Part shown: piece by piece, positions 41,365-54,600 of the stretch
Position numbering within the stretch: position 1 is the first letter of the stretch
How the letters are laid out: the number at the start of each line of letters is the position of its first letter
Source of the DNA: Octopus vulgaris
Taxonomy: Eukaryota
Assembly (NCBI GenBank): GCA_951406725.2
Contig: OX597828.1
Coordinates: 74,400,001 to 74,464,000 of the forward strand
Direction of reading: 5' to 3'
DNA length: 64,000 bases
Program-made: the position numbers and the translations under genes
Notes under the pieces: generated by a model
Databases searched by the model: none
The model's input: only the letters and a program-made list of their open reading frames with translations
What the model was told of the DNA's origin: nothing

Positions 41365-43195
41365 ACTATTCCAGGTGTAGAGTATACTGTTTATAGGATG
41401 AAAACTGAAGGAAGGAAGATAGGAACAATTTTATTCATCAGATACTGGTACAGATCAACACACTACATGCAAGTTACCCAACTTCAAAAGGTGGGGTTGT
41501 TTATTCAGTGCAGGGTACAGGGTATGAACGGTATTCCATGGTGTGCCCAGATTTCTGGAGGCTCTGGACTTCTGGAAGGCTGATAGAGAGATCCACTGCA
41601 GCAAGAATTTTCCTTAAAAAAAATCAAACAAAATATTCTAAGGGGGACAACTCAGTATCTCTTATGACTTCAATGTTTGGAATTTGGTTTTTGTGGATAA
41701 AAAAGATTCTGTGTTTATAAATATAATTCTTATTTTCACTGAATTTTTAAATAGTTATTTCAAACTCGTTTATCTATAGTAAATTTCAATCGTATTGAGA
41801 TATTACTCTTTTACTTGTTTCAGTCATTTGACTGCGGCCATGCTGGAGCACCGCCTTTAATCGAGCAACTCGATCCCGGGACTTATTCTTTTGTAAGTCC
41901 AGTACTTATTCTATCGGTCTCTTTTGCCGAACCGCTAAGTAACGGGGACATAAACACACCAGCATCGGTTGTCAAACAATGCTAGGGGGACAAACAAAGA
42001 CACACAAACACACACACGCATATATATATATATATACATATATACGATGGGCTTCTTTCAGTTTCCGTCTACCAAATCCACTCACAAGGCTTTGGTCGGC
42101 CCGAGGCTATAGTAGAAGACATTTGCCCAAGGTGCCACGCAGTGGGACTGAACCCGGGAACCATGTGGTTGGTAAACATGCTACTTACCACACAGCTACG
42201 AATATTATTTTTTTATAGATTAAGCATTTTTTTGTTTTCAAATTTCGATTTCTTTAAATTCGAAGTTTTTGCTTAACTGAAATATTCTAGCTGAATAGCC
42301 CATCATTGACGGGCAATTTTGTTACAATAGAATGTCTTATATAAATTTTCCTTTATTCCATGTCAGACCATACCTTCTTGAACAGGACAAATTTGGGCGA
42401 TTTTTCGCAAAAAAAAAAAAAAAAAAACCTTCGTTGAGGTGTTTTTTCCCTTTTAAAATCATTTACATGTCTGTTCGACCGATTCATATGACTCTATTCA
42501 TTAGAATTTATTAAAACTTCAGAAGTCCTTACAAGCCTATGTCTGTGTGTGTGTGTATTGTGTGTGTGTGTATTGTGTGTGTGTGCGTATGTGTGTGTGT
42601 GTGTGTGTGTCTGTGTGTGTGTGTGTGTGTATTGTGTCTGTTTTTCCCTCCACTATCGCTTGACCACCGATGTTGGTGCCTTTACGTCCCCGTAACCTAG
42701 CAGTTCGACGTAAGAGACCGATAGAGTAAGTACTAGGCTTACAAAAAATAAGCCCTGGGGTCGATTTGTTCGACTAAAGGCGGTGCTCCAGCATGGCCGT
42801 AGTCAAAATGACTTGAAACAAGTAAAAGAAAAAAAATATTTAAAATGCTGGTTTAAGCACTCCACCCCCTTATAACCCTATCATAACCGGGGGGGTGGTT
42901 TGTGTCTCGCTCAGACATCTAAAACAAACTTTTCTCTTTTTGGAATTTTCAGAAAATTTTTGTGAAGTGATCTACACACAGGAATTCATGAAGAAAAATT
43001 GCGTGATTTAAGGGCTATTAGCTGTTATTTCTAGCACATATCACGGCCACCTGATGCCCTCCTTGTTTCTTTCTCGCTCTGCCATATTGATACTTTTCAA
43101 TATAGTTCACCCCATAGACATTGCCTGGATTTAAGCAAAAAATTCGGATTGTTCGTATCATAAACAATGATTTTTTAAAAAAAATTCCGGCATTC

Positions 43196-43368
43196 TTTCG
43201 ATATAACTCGACAAAATCAAAACATTTGACTTCGGGTATTTCCGTTCGATTCTGTTTTCTGCTCGGAAATTTGCGGATTTTACGGCATCATTCCGTTATA
43301 TTTATTACTCCACAACCCACGGAAATACCCGAAGTGAAATGTTTTGATTTTGTCGAGTTATATCGAAA
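43196..43368. repeat. Inverted repeat, ~50-bp arms
   Basis: TTTCGATATAACTCGACAAAATCAAAACATTT...TCCGT pairs with ACGGA...AAATGTTTTGATTTTGTCGAGTTATATCGAAA. Confidence 0.85.
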
Positions 43369-43405
43369 GTATGCCAAAAATCCGAAAAATGTAATTTTCA
43401 CAAAT

Positions 43406-43712
43406 CGGCCACGGCAATCTTTCGTCTCTAATAGACCTTTCCGTCGATTTCCGTAAAAAATTTTTTTTTTTTTTTACATATGGGCTTGCGGGAACTTTTG
43501 AAGTAATGAGAGCGAAAGAGACTAAGAGAAAGCGATTGTATGACGAGGGAAGTTCTTTTGAAGTTACCGTGCATGGGAGCATTGATGTACATGTGTGTGT
43601 GTGTGTGTTTGATGGGATGTGGGAGACCGCAAGCCCATATGTAAAAAAAAAAGAAGTTTTTTACGGAAATCGACGGAAAGGTCTACTAGAGATGAAAGAT
43701 CGCCATCGGCCG
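43406..43712. mobile_element. MITE-like element with ~85-bp inverted arms
   Basis: AGACCTTTCCGTCGATTTCCGTAAAAAA...ACATATGGGCTTGCGG has its reverse complement at 43627-43712. Confidence 0.7.
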
Positions 43713-43870
43713 CCTCTTAATGCGGTCCGCTTTTTGAAAAAGGTTCCCTAAGGCTGGTGTAAGTTGTGAATAGGAACTTAACTGTTGTTTCTAGTACATC
43801 GAGCAACCAGTTAGTGGATGTCAGGGTCGAATATAAGGGAAGTAACTCTGTTGTCCCGGTTACCATGAAC

Positions 43871-43904
43871 TTTCCCAGAATGCAACATTGTTTTCGGCGC
43901 GAAA
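43871..43904 (+). promoter_or_regulatory. DONSON proximal promoter motifs: ZNF143/Staf-like site and E2F site
   Basis: TTTCCCAGAATGCA at 43871-43884; GCGCGAAA at 43897-43904 (TTTCGCGC on minus); about 190-220 bp upstream of the ATG in CpG-rich unique DNA. Confidence 0.55.
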
Positions 43905-44092
43905 CTCGAGTTCGTCTTCGAGAGTCTTTCTTTTGGTCGGTTTAAAAAGCCAAAGGTCAACCAGACATCGCATAAATCATCTCAAGAATCACAGAAAGTA
44001 CAAATAATCTTCGTAACGAAGGAGTAAATTATCTCAAGAATCACATCTTCTCACATAAATACTTATATTTTGTGTTTTATAATTGAAAGCAA

Positions 44093-44383
44093 ATGGCGGA
44101 GACGTCGCCGAATTGGAAGAAACCTTCTGAGGTGATGAGACGAAGGAAGAAACGGTTGCAGGAGAACGGGAATTCTTCGCTGAGAAAAAGGTCCAAGTTG
44201 GATGATTTGTCGAACAGAAGCGACCAGGTTTCACCCTGTGCCAGTCTTTCTTCTTTCTATCAACACAAAAATCCTTTCAGACGAAATAGTTCCACTCCAG
44301 TTCGAACCATTTCTTCGACGACCGAAGAAATTCGACCGAAAACCAATTCCATTCGACTTTTCGACATTTTGGACAATTCTGAG
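44093..44383 (+). CDS. DONSON: DONSON exon 1
   Basis: ATG at 44093; MAETSPNWKKPSEVMRRRKKR...KNPF; donor GAG|GTAAGG, phase 0. Confidence 0.85.
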
Positions 44384-45000
44384 GTAAGGGAAGAAAAACC
44401 TTGCTTTCCGCTTCGTTGCCTCTCTTTATTTTATTATTATTATATGGAGACTAATTGTGTGTTAATAGAAAACTTGGTTCCCAGAACAATTCTAGATTCC
44501 GACTTTCCGTATTTTAAAACCACGAATTAAAAAAAAAAAAAGGTTTTAAATTAGGAGATTTGAAAAAAAAAGACATTTTATTTTTTTGTCATAATCGTAT
44601 TCTTGTGCAGAAGACGGGTAAAAAAAATTCCCCAAAATTCAATTTACGAGGGAATATAGCACGTGCTTACTTTTATTTCAATGAGTTTTCCCATGGCCCC
44701 AGGGATATTGAAAGGGTCTGTTAGCTGGGTTGATATAAAGAGCACATTTTTTTCTCCATATTCGTTATCTACATGCTTTTTAACACTCAGCAGGCTCTCT
44801 CTTACTTGTTTCAGTCATTTGACTGCGGCCATGCTGGAGCACCGCCTTTAGTCGAGCAAATCGACCCCGGGACTTATTCTTTTGTAAGCCCAGTACTTAT
44901 TCTATCGGTGTCTTTTGCCGAACCGCTAAATGACAGGGACGTAAACACACCAGCATCGGTTGTCAAGCAATGCTAAAGGGACAAACACACACACACAGAC

Positions 45001-45031
<31 letters not shown>

Positions 45032-48000
45032 CACGACAGGCTTCTTTCAGTTTCCGTCTACCAAATCCACTCACAAGGCATTGGTCGGCCCGGGGCTATA
45101 GTAGAAGGCACTTACCCAAGGTGCCACGCAGTGGGACTGGATTTATTATTATTATTATTCCCTAATGAAGATCCTTTTATTACCCATCAGCTTCAAATGA
45201 GTGACGGACTCCCTTCTGCTACGTTTGGGAACCACTGGCCTACGGTCTGGATTTCGGTACTATATAAGAAGAGTGGTCCCGGTGCGCGCACTCGGGCATC
45301 CGCGCTAGCTAGTCGTGACTAGTCGATCCTACAACGACTACCTAAAAAAGTAAATAGTTTTTTAAATAAAGTAAATAAAACAGAAACACAAAGGATCGAC
45401 TAGTCATCACAAGCTGGCCCGCAACGGGACCACTTTTCTTAAATAGTACCTTTTTGGGGCTAAAACAGTAAATAGGATCGCCACATTCAGTTGACAAATA
45501 TATTTTACAAATAAACAGACAGGGATTAAATAGTCCGGCAAAGAAATAAATGGACGAAAAAGTTCAAAATTAAAAACTGGAGGAACGGGGGAAATTTGAA
45601 CCCGTTTCAAGCATGAATTATTAAACATTGTTTTACTGAAAATGGAGTATATTTAATTTACATTATTTTTTACTATTATTTAAGGCAAACACAAAATTCT
45701 TTTCACTTTCATGCTTTTCTGTGTATTTAATTTTGATTTGGGTTCAGTCCCACTGCGCGGCACCTTGGGTAAGTGTCTTCTACTATAGCCCCGGGCCGAC
45801 CAAAGCCTTGTGAGTGGATTTGGTAGACGGAAACTGAAAGAAGCCCGTCGTATATATGTATATATATATATGCGTGTGTGTGTTTGTGTTTGTCCCCCTA
45901 GCATTGCTTGACAACCGATGCTGGTGTGTTTATATCCCCATCACTTAGCGGTTCAGCAAAAAAGACCGATAGAATAAGTACTGGGCTTACAAAAGAATAA
46001 GTCCCGGGGTCAAGTTGCTCGATTAAAGGTGGTGCTCCAGCATGACCGCAGTCAAATGACTGAAACAAGTAAAAGAGTAAAGAGAATACTACTAGCGAAG
46101 AGTGGTCCCGGTGCGCGCACTCTCGCATCCGCGCTGGCTAGACGTAAGTAGTCCATTCTACAACGACTCGCGCCTATGTTTGTATTTCAAGGCTGAATCC
46201 ATATCAAAAGAAAATTAAATAATATTTTTCGAACAAAGTAAATAATATTTTTCGAACAAAGTAAATAATTTTTTAAACCAAGTAAATAAATTATTTTTAC
46301 AATCAAACTAAGGTTCGGGTTAAAAAAAGATTAGGTTTGTCTTTGGGCCAGAAAGAATGGTTGAAAGCCACTTGTTTGGACTGACCCTATTTAGTAAGCT
46401 ATCAATGGTAGGGGGTTAAGTTACAATTTTAATCACGACCGTTTATTTTCGTGGACACAAAGTAGGTCACTTCTACTCGTTCAGCAGGGCGCAAGGTGAG
46501 TGTTGCAGCAAATTTTGGGCATAAACCCGATATATATACATATACACCGTCCACGCGTTCAGAAGTGTTTTACTGTTTAAATTTGAAGTTGCCAGGAAAC
46601 AACGAAAGAGGTGCGTATTAAATATCTGTTTTGGCTTTCATTCGCCCGAACAATGGTCGGTGCTTGTTCAATTTTGACTGTAGCCACTCATTTTAGTCGA
46701 ATGATTGTATTTCATGGCTTTTGTACTCGTGACCTCCGCCCTGGGCGGTTTTCCTCTTAAATTTCAGAAAATGGATTGGGTTTTTTTTTTTCCTTTTTCG
46801 TTTTTTTGTTAATTGAAATTTTCAACAGATACGCTTCAGATAATGTAGATTCTAATTAAAGCGGAATTTGTTTGAAAAAGAAAGGATTTTCTTTTAGTTG
46901 GGCGTAAGTGTTATCGAAAACTCACATGAAACGGGCTTTCAGAAGCTTTTATTTTGTAACGAAGTTTCCTACAGTTACCTCTCGGAAGAAAACGGAAAGA
47001 AAAAAATTGCTCAATTCGAACTTGTCCACAACACACCAAAATAAGCTTCAGTGTGTGTCAGTTCGTGAGTTCAGCATTTTCCCTTTTTTTCCCATATTAA
47101 ATTCCAATATGATCGTAATTTGCACGAAAGGCATTTGTATAAAATTTAATAAAAAAAAAGTACCCTTCTTTTTCTCTCAAAAAGTTATAAGGGAAGCCAA
47201 GCAGACTCATGAATTTTTACAAACCACCTATTATTTTTTCCTCCATATTCCCATACTACACGAAAGGTATTTGTAGAAAATTTCATTAAAAAAAGACTCT
47301 GGATCTTTTCAATATGACTCATTTCTTTTTTAATTTTTCTTGACCAGTTTGAAACTTCGTATTTTAGAAGTTATTTCGTATTAAAATTGTATTTGGAGTA
47401 ATTTTAGCTTTCTTTAACTGAATACACGTTGATTGACAGAAATTATCGCAGTTTTGTGAGATTTGGCTGTTATTTCTAGCATGTAAATAGCCTGCTTGAA
47501 TGGGGGTGTGTGATTTTTTTAAAAATTAAAATTTTACAATCTTTTCCAGAATCAATCTTATATTTGTACGTATCTCACTAAAAAAACTTTCATGAAGAAA
47601 TGGGGAAAAAATTAAAGGGGGAGGAGGGTTCCGTTTACATATCCTCCATCTGGACCGATGGCTTTTCCATTTATTTTTCCATTGTTGTTAAAGTTCCAGT
47701 ATATTACCGGTACTTATTTATTTTATAGCTCCTCTTGTAAAACTGTCTTAAAATTTCTTTTTTGTTATCTTCCAGACAAATAATGTTAAAGATTTCAGAA
47801 GCAAAACTACCAACCATGGCATTCACCATTTACTTTCCAAAGATCCCTGCAAAGCAAAAAGAAATGAAGATAGTGCCGAACAGGTTTGTTGCAATTTGTC
47901 TATCTCAAGCAAACTAATTTATACTGGTACTGCAATTAGTGAATGGCTAAGCCAATCTTGGTGTAAAGGGACGTGAATCAGTAAATACCATAATGTGTTT

Positions 48001-48652
48001 TTGTTTATACTTCAATTTATCAGTTCTTTAAACTTTACCAAGGAGTGACTGTGGTAATAGGTTTACCTGTCAACTTCGAGGTTCCAGGTTCAGTTCCACT
48101 GCTTGGCATCTTGGGCAAGTGTCTTCTGGGTGGATTTGATTGGCAGAAGCTGAAAGAATGGTGTGTGTGTGCGCGCATGTGAGGATGCATGGCCTAAGTA
48201 GTTAGGATGTTGTACTTGTGATCAGGGGGTTGTGGTTTCACTTCCTAGACCAGCTGGTGTGTTGTGTTCTTGAGCAAAACCCTTCATTTCATATTGCTTC
48301 TGTCGTGTGGTACAATGTGCCCCTGTTCAGGCAATGTTGATTTGAGGAGAGAGTGAGCTGATGGTACAGCACGATCATTTGATCCCTACAAACAAATCAT
48401 TTGTGCATGGTGTTGGGGGAAATTGCTGAACACTCATACATTGTCTTTGATGAGAGTTCATATCTGTATGTGTATCATCATCGTTTAACGTCCGTTCTCC
48501 ATGCTAGCATGGGTTGGATGGTTTGACCGGGGATCTGGGAAGCCAGAAGGCTGCACCAGGCTCCGGTCTTATCTGGCAATGTTTCTACAGCTGGATGCCC
48601 TTCCTAACGGCAACCACTCTGTGAGTGTAGTGGGTGCTTTTTACGTGCCACC

Positions 48653-48698
<46 letters not shown>

Positions 48699-51600
48699 GC
48701 TGTGCGGCTAAATGATATACAAGAAAAATGCATAAATCCTGGGCTTTATACATTCCTCTGTGCACTGTCTCCTTGACCTAACGTTGTCATAGTTGTATGG
48801 GAATGTTATGCAAACAATCCTGTGTTGCCTGCTAAGGGTTGGGGACAGGAAGGACATTCGGCCATAGAGAGAGAGTCTACCTCGGCAAATTCCGTCCAAC
48901 CCAGGCAAGCATGGAAAAAGGGGTCAAGTTATTCTGTATTCGTCATTTGTTTGCATAAAATAAAAAAATTGAATTGAATTTATCATTTAATGATTTAAAT
49001 CAATTGTTCAATTGTTTTGGTTTCCATTTCTAATATATATATAAGAAGAAAAGGCACAAGAGTGGCTATGTGGTAAGAAGGTTCTGGGTTTAGTCCCACT
49101 GCGTGGCATATTGAGTAAGAGTCTTCTACTATAGCCTTGGGCCAACCAAAGCCTTATGAGTAGATTTGGTAGACAGAAACTGAAAGAAGTATGTGCATAT
49201 ATGCATTTGGGTATCTGTTTGGTCTAGCATGGCCACAGTCAAATGACTGGACCAAGTAAAAGATATATATAAATAATTGCAGCGTGGAAGGTGTTTATAA
49301 GCCATTTAAAACACAAGAACTGTTAGATTAACTTCAACATATAAATTTGATTTGCCAAAATATTTGCGTTGCTTTGAGACAACGACCTTTTCACTGACAA
49401 GATTCCGTGCTGCATCTCTCTGTATATATATTTATTCATCTTGTTCTAGTCATTGAGCTGCAGCTGCTGGGATACCACCTTGAAGTGTTGTCAAATGAAT
49501 AATTCCTAGTACTTTTTTTTTTTTCTCCCCAGCTAGTTACTTATTCGATCAGTCTCTTCCGTTAAGTTACAGGGATGCAAACAAACCAACATCAGAAAAT
49601 TGCTATTTTTAAATCTCATGAGAGATATTCATCAACAGTACTTTGGAGTAAAGATTGTTGCAGCATTTGTCCTAAACCAGGACTGTCATGTTGGCAAAAA
49701 TCTTTACTCCAAGTCAACATCAGTTGTCAAATGGTTGTGTGGACGTGTATATACACACACACACTCATTCTGTTTCTCTCTCTCTCTCTCTAATGTGTGA
49801 AGGGCTTTCAATTTCCGTTTACCAAATCCATCCACAAGGTTTTGATCAGCCTGAGGTTGACCAAAGACCCTTGTATCATGTGGTTGGGAAGCAAACTTCT
49901 TACCACACAGTAAAACTATAAAAACATCAATGTTTTTATGTCTGAATATTTTGATGCTAATATAGGCTGGGTGTGACTTGATGCAGTGCTTTACAAGATG
50001 CTCTTTTTTGTTGCCCCCCCCTCCCTTAATATCATGCAGGAATATAGTACACCTGGTCTAAAAGCCAGGTGATTTATTTACACAAGTATGCATGACAGTT
50101 TTTCAGTTTCCATCCACCAAATTTCATTGATAAACCTGAAGCGCAGCAGTGGCTGTGTGGTAAGTAGCTTGCTAACCAACCACATGATTCCGGGTTCAGT
50201 CCCATTGCGTGGCATCTTGGGCAAGTGTCTTCTGCTATAGCCCCGGGCCGACCAATGCCTTGTGAGTGAATTTGGTAGACGGAAACTGAAAGAAGCCTGT
50301 TGTGTGTGTGTGTATATATTTATATATTTAATGTGTCTGTGTTTGTCCCCCCGGCATTGCTTGACAACCAACGCTGGTGTGTTTACGTCTCCGTCACTTA
50401 GCAGTTCGGCAAAAGAGACTGATAGAATAAGTACTGGGCTTACAAAGAACAAGTCCCGGGGTTGATTTGCTCAACTAAAAGGCTGTGCTCCAGCATGGCC
50501 GCAGTCAAATGACTGAAACAAGTAAAAGAGTAAGCTATAGCAAGAAGAATTTACTTGCCCAAGGTCCTTTGCCATGAGATTGAACTCAGAGCCATGTGAT
50601 TTTGGATCTATATTCTTTAATACAGGGCTGTTGTGTGATTTACTGTGACATTGTCTTTTCATTCTCCTTTCTGCAGGTGTCCGATGTTCCAAACGTAACT
50701 AAAAAGGAAGATTTTTGTCAAGATTTACCTTTTGATTGGAGTTTAAAACTGAAGATGCGGTTTATTTCTTCATCTTTTGATTGGTGCAAGAATTTAAGGA
50801 GCTCAGAAGAAGCTGAAGGTGTGAACAATTATTTAGCAAGTCAACTTCCTGAAATGATGCCCTCTGCAAATGTTAGTACCCTCCTGAACAAGGGGGCTTA
50901 TTGTTGGGTTTTCCATGGATTGTCATTTTGTCCCAAACTATTCCAGTCATGGTTTTTGCATCTTCTTAGATGTCTTTCTGCAACATTATTAACCAATGCA
51001 GTGGAACCTTATAAACTGATTTAATTTGTTCTTGGAGGTTGTTTGGTCACCAGAAATGTCTGCAAACAGAAACTCAGCAAAAGTAAGATGGCAACTGATG
51101 TCCCCCTTATTGGTGCCCTCAGCTTGTCATCAGTTATTCTTATGCCAGATACCATTCATTGCCCGAGATGTTTTCTGGTTCATAAACTAATTTGTTTGTG
51201 ATGAGAGGTTTTCATAAACTGAACCATGCCTGAATGTATGTGTGTGTGTGTGTGTATATATATATAATATACACACACACATACATACAGAGTTGGGAAG
51301 AAGCCACCTGACAGTAAATCTAAATTCCATAAGTACTATCTCTAATTCTGTATCGTTTTGAATGGGAAAATGTGTCACTCAAGGACTTCAGTTTGAACTA
51401 TTTTCATGATGTTTCATATATTTCAATTCTTTTATTAAATTTGTTAATAAATAAATCTTAGAATTAAATAGCTTTGATTTACTGTCAGGCGGCGTTTGGC
51501 CAACTGTGTGTGTATGTATATATATATATATAAAGGAAGTGAAGAAAATGCTGACAAAATAATTTAAGTAAGGGAGAGTGTATTTAATTAGGTGAAAGTT

Positions 51601-54600
51601 CTTTTTACCGGTTGTGCATTTGTTATGCTTATCAAAAGATATTTTTTGAGAGAGATAGTTCCTTTCTGATAGATTTTTTTCTCTTATCAGATAAGAGAAA
51701 AAATCTATCAGAAAGGAACTCTATCTCTCTTAAAAAAATCTTTTGATAAGCATAACAAATGCACAACCGGTAAAAAGAACTGTCACCTAATTAAATACAC
51801 TCTCCCTTACTTAAATTATTTTGTCACCATTTTCTTCATTTCCTTTTTTTATATATAACAACTCGTGTTCCACATCTCCTTTTTAAATAAATATATATAT
51901 ATATACTAGCAGTATCGCCCGGCGTTGCTCAGGTTTGTAAGGGAAATAACTATAAAGCATTTTTAGAGAGTTATAGCAAAAAAATGGGGGAAAAAATGAT
52001 GGTAAATTTTTATTTGAGAGTTAAAAAAGGTCGAGTTGCATCCCCATGACAGTCTGTGGTTTGTGTTTCTGATTCTCGACCCCATGTCGAATTTATCGAT
52101 TTTTTTCAGAACTGGGGTAACTTTTCAAAATTTTCGCTGCGTTAGTTTTGAATTATGACATTGGGCTATGTGTGTGTCAAGTTTCATCAGAATCGGTTGA
52201 AAGCCGTGGTCAGGGTGAGGGTACAACCAAACAGACACACAGAAACACACAGACAAACTGCCGTTTATATAGAGAGAGATATATATACGCATTCACTCAT
52301 GCATGTACCCGCACTGTTTGCTGGAGACTTCTATATTGGTAGACATGGTGGGGGGTGCTTCAGGGGAGAGAATCGCTTAAAATTGATATTTTTTCTCTTG
52401 GTTTTAAGCAGGAAAATTCTTGTGAGGTGAAAGATTGAGAGGAAAGAGCCTGCACATTTTTTCATATGATCCTTTTATATATATATTTTCTACATTTTAG
52501 TTGAAGATACTTCCAGAGACTTCCTGGCGATCCCATTTTCACAGAGAAACTTTGTATTGGGTTCACCCAAATCTTCCCTGGGTGAAAATATTCCCAAGAA
52601 TCACTCACGAAAAGTAAGAACTTCAAAACTAGGCTTCACTCTTTGTTGTTGTTACTATTCACAATGTGTGTCTGATATTGTTGTGTAGTAGCATTTGTTT
52701 GGTTAATGTGTCTATGTAGAGACAGTGTGGCCTAGTGGTTAGGGTGCTGGGTTCATGATCATAAGTATGTGGGTTCAATTCCTGGATCATGCATGTTGTG
52801 TCCTTAAGCAAGGCACTTAATTTCATGTTGCTCTACTGATTTCAACTGTGTGCCCAGCCAGTGCTGGTGCAACTCTCTCTCTCTCCCCTTCCAACCATGA
52901 CATCCTGAATTTTCTGCTGGTGCAACTGATACTACAAAACAGCAGCAGATGTGCAATATCAACTGATGTTGGTTTGTTTACGTCCTCGTAACGTAGCAGT
53001 TTGGCAAAGGACTAAGTATCAAGCTTATTCTACTGGGGTTGGTTGGTTGGATTAAACCCTTGAAGGAGGTGCCCCAGCATGGCCTTGGTCCAATGACTGA
53101 AACCAGTAAAAGAAATGGTAAAGGATCCATCTAAATAAGAGACAGATGACATATGAAGATATGATGGTCATACTGTGTTGTGTAATTGTCATGTGACTGT
53201 ATTCCTTCATGTGGATGTTTTGAAACGGAATGGTTCTTTTTTTGTATCTGTAAATAGAAGACTACTAGTGTTTTGTAGGTGATGAATTGTTATATGCTGT
53301 CACCATCTTTCTTACTTTGATGTCCCTTTCTCCATACTGGCATGGGTTAGGCTATCCAACACCAACAGATGAGTCAGTAGATTGCACCATTTCAGCATCT
53401 GGCATGCTTTCTACTGCTTGGTGCTCTTCCCTATTGTCGGTCACATCTCGGAGTAACTAGGAAGACTGACCCCTTTAGCTGAGTGGAGCAATATTAGGAC
53501 CAAGTGTCTTGCTTAAGGGGTGAATACATGGCTTGCACATGGAGAGAGAGAGTAGACGTGAGGTCAAGCTACATGGTAAATAGAAAAATAAAGGTTGATG
53601 TGTCGGTAAGCGTGCTTGAGTAAGACAAGTGTGACATGATTAGCATTTAACGAGTTGGTGTGACTAATTAAACTTATCACAAGCTACCATATTTCCTTGT
53701 CTGTATTGTTCTGTTGTTTATTTCCAGATCTTCAAGCAGCATCAATCTTGGAGGCGAAGTATACTCTTCACTGTTATCTGACTGGTTTGTATAGTGTTGT
53801 ATATTTCTTGTATCTGATTGGTTGCTGACTCAGTGTTTTAATGTGGCATCTTATAGTATTTGGCCTTTTTTTATGTATAAGGTTTTAGTGGTTGGAAGGT
53901 GGGGGTTGTCAACATCCAGGGGAATAAATACCGGTCATACATTCTGGCAGAATTTAATTGATTCTGTTCCTCTGTTCAAATCTGTGGCTTTGTGTTCCCC
54001 GTCATGACGAACGTATAATTGTAATCCATTAAAGTCATAAGGACAAGATGACATTGAATGGCAGCAACAATAACAATTCAGGCAGGAAGCTGGGAGTCAT
54101 TAGCATCCCAAGCAAAATGCTCAGTGGCCTGTCTTCCAAGGTCAGCTTTGCTCTTTATCGATTTGGGGTCAACAAGTACCAGTTCTTACCGTCACATACA
54201 GAAACACACACACACACACGTGTGTGTGCGCGCTCCAAGCTCTTTTAGTTTCTGTGTACCAAATCCAGTAACAAGGCTTTTGGCCAGCCCAGGGCTATAG
54301 CAGATGTGTCCCAGATGCCATTCAGTGGGACTGAACTTGAAGCTGTGTTAGATTGAAAGAAATCTCTTTAACCACAAGACCATATATGTGTGTGTGGACA
54401 CATATATTGTTACCACACGGTCTTAAGTTCTATCTCACTGTGTGGTGACTTGTGAGTGGGATTGATACACAAAAACTGTATGGATGGAAGCCTGTTGTAG
54501 GTGTATGTGTGTATATAGATTTACATACCTCGTACCAGGGCCTTATTCTTGTTCAGCACAACAGCTGTGGGCTGGAAGAGGTCCCATGGTAGCCGACATC

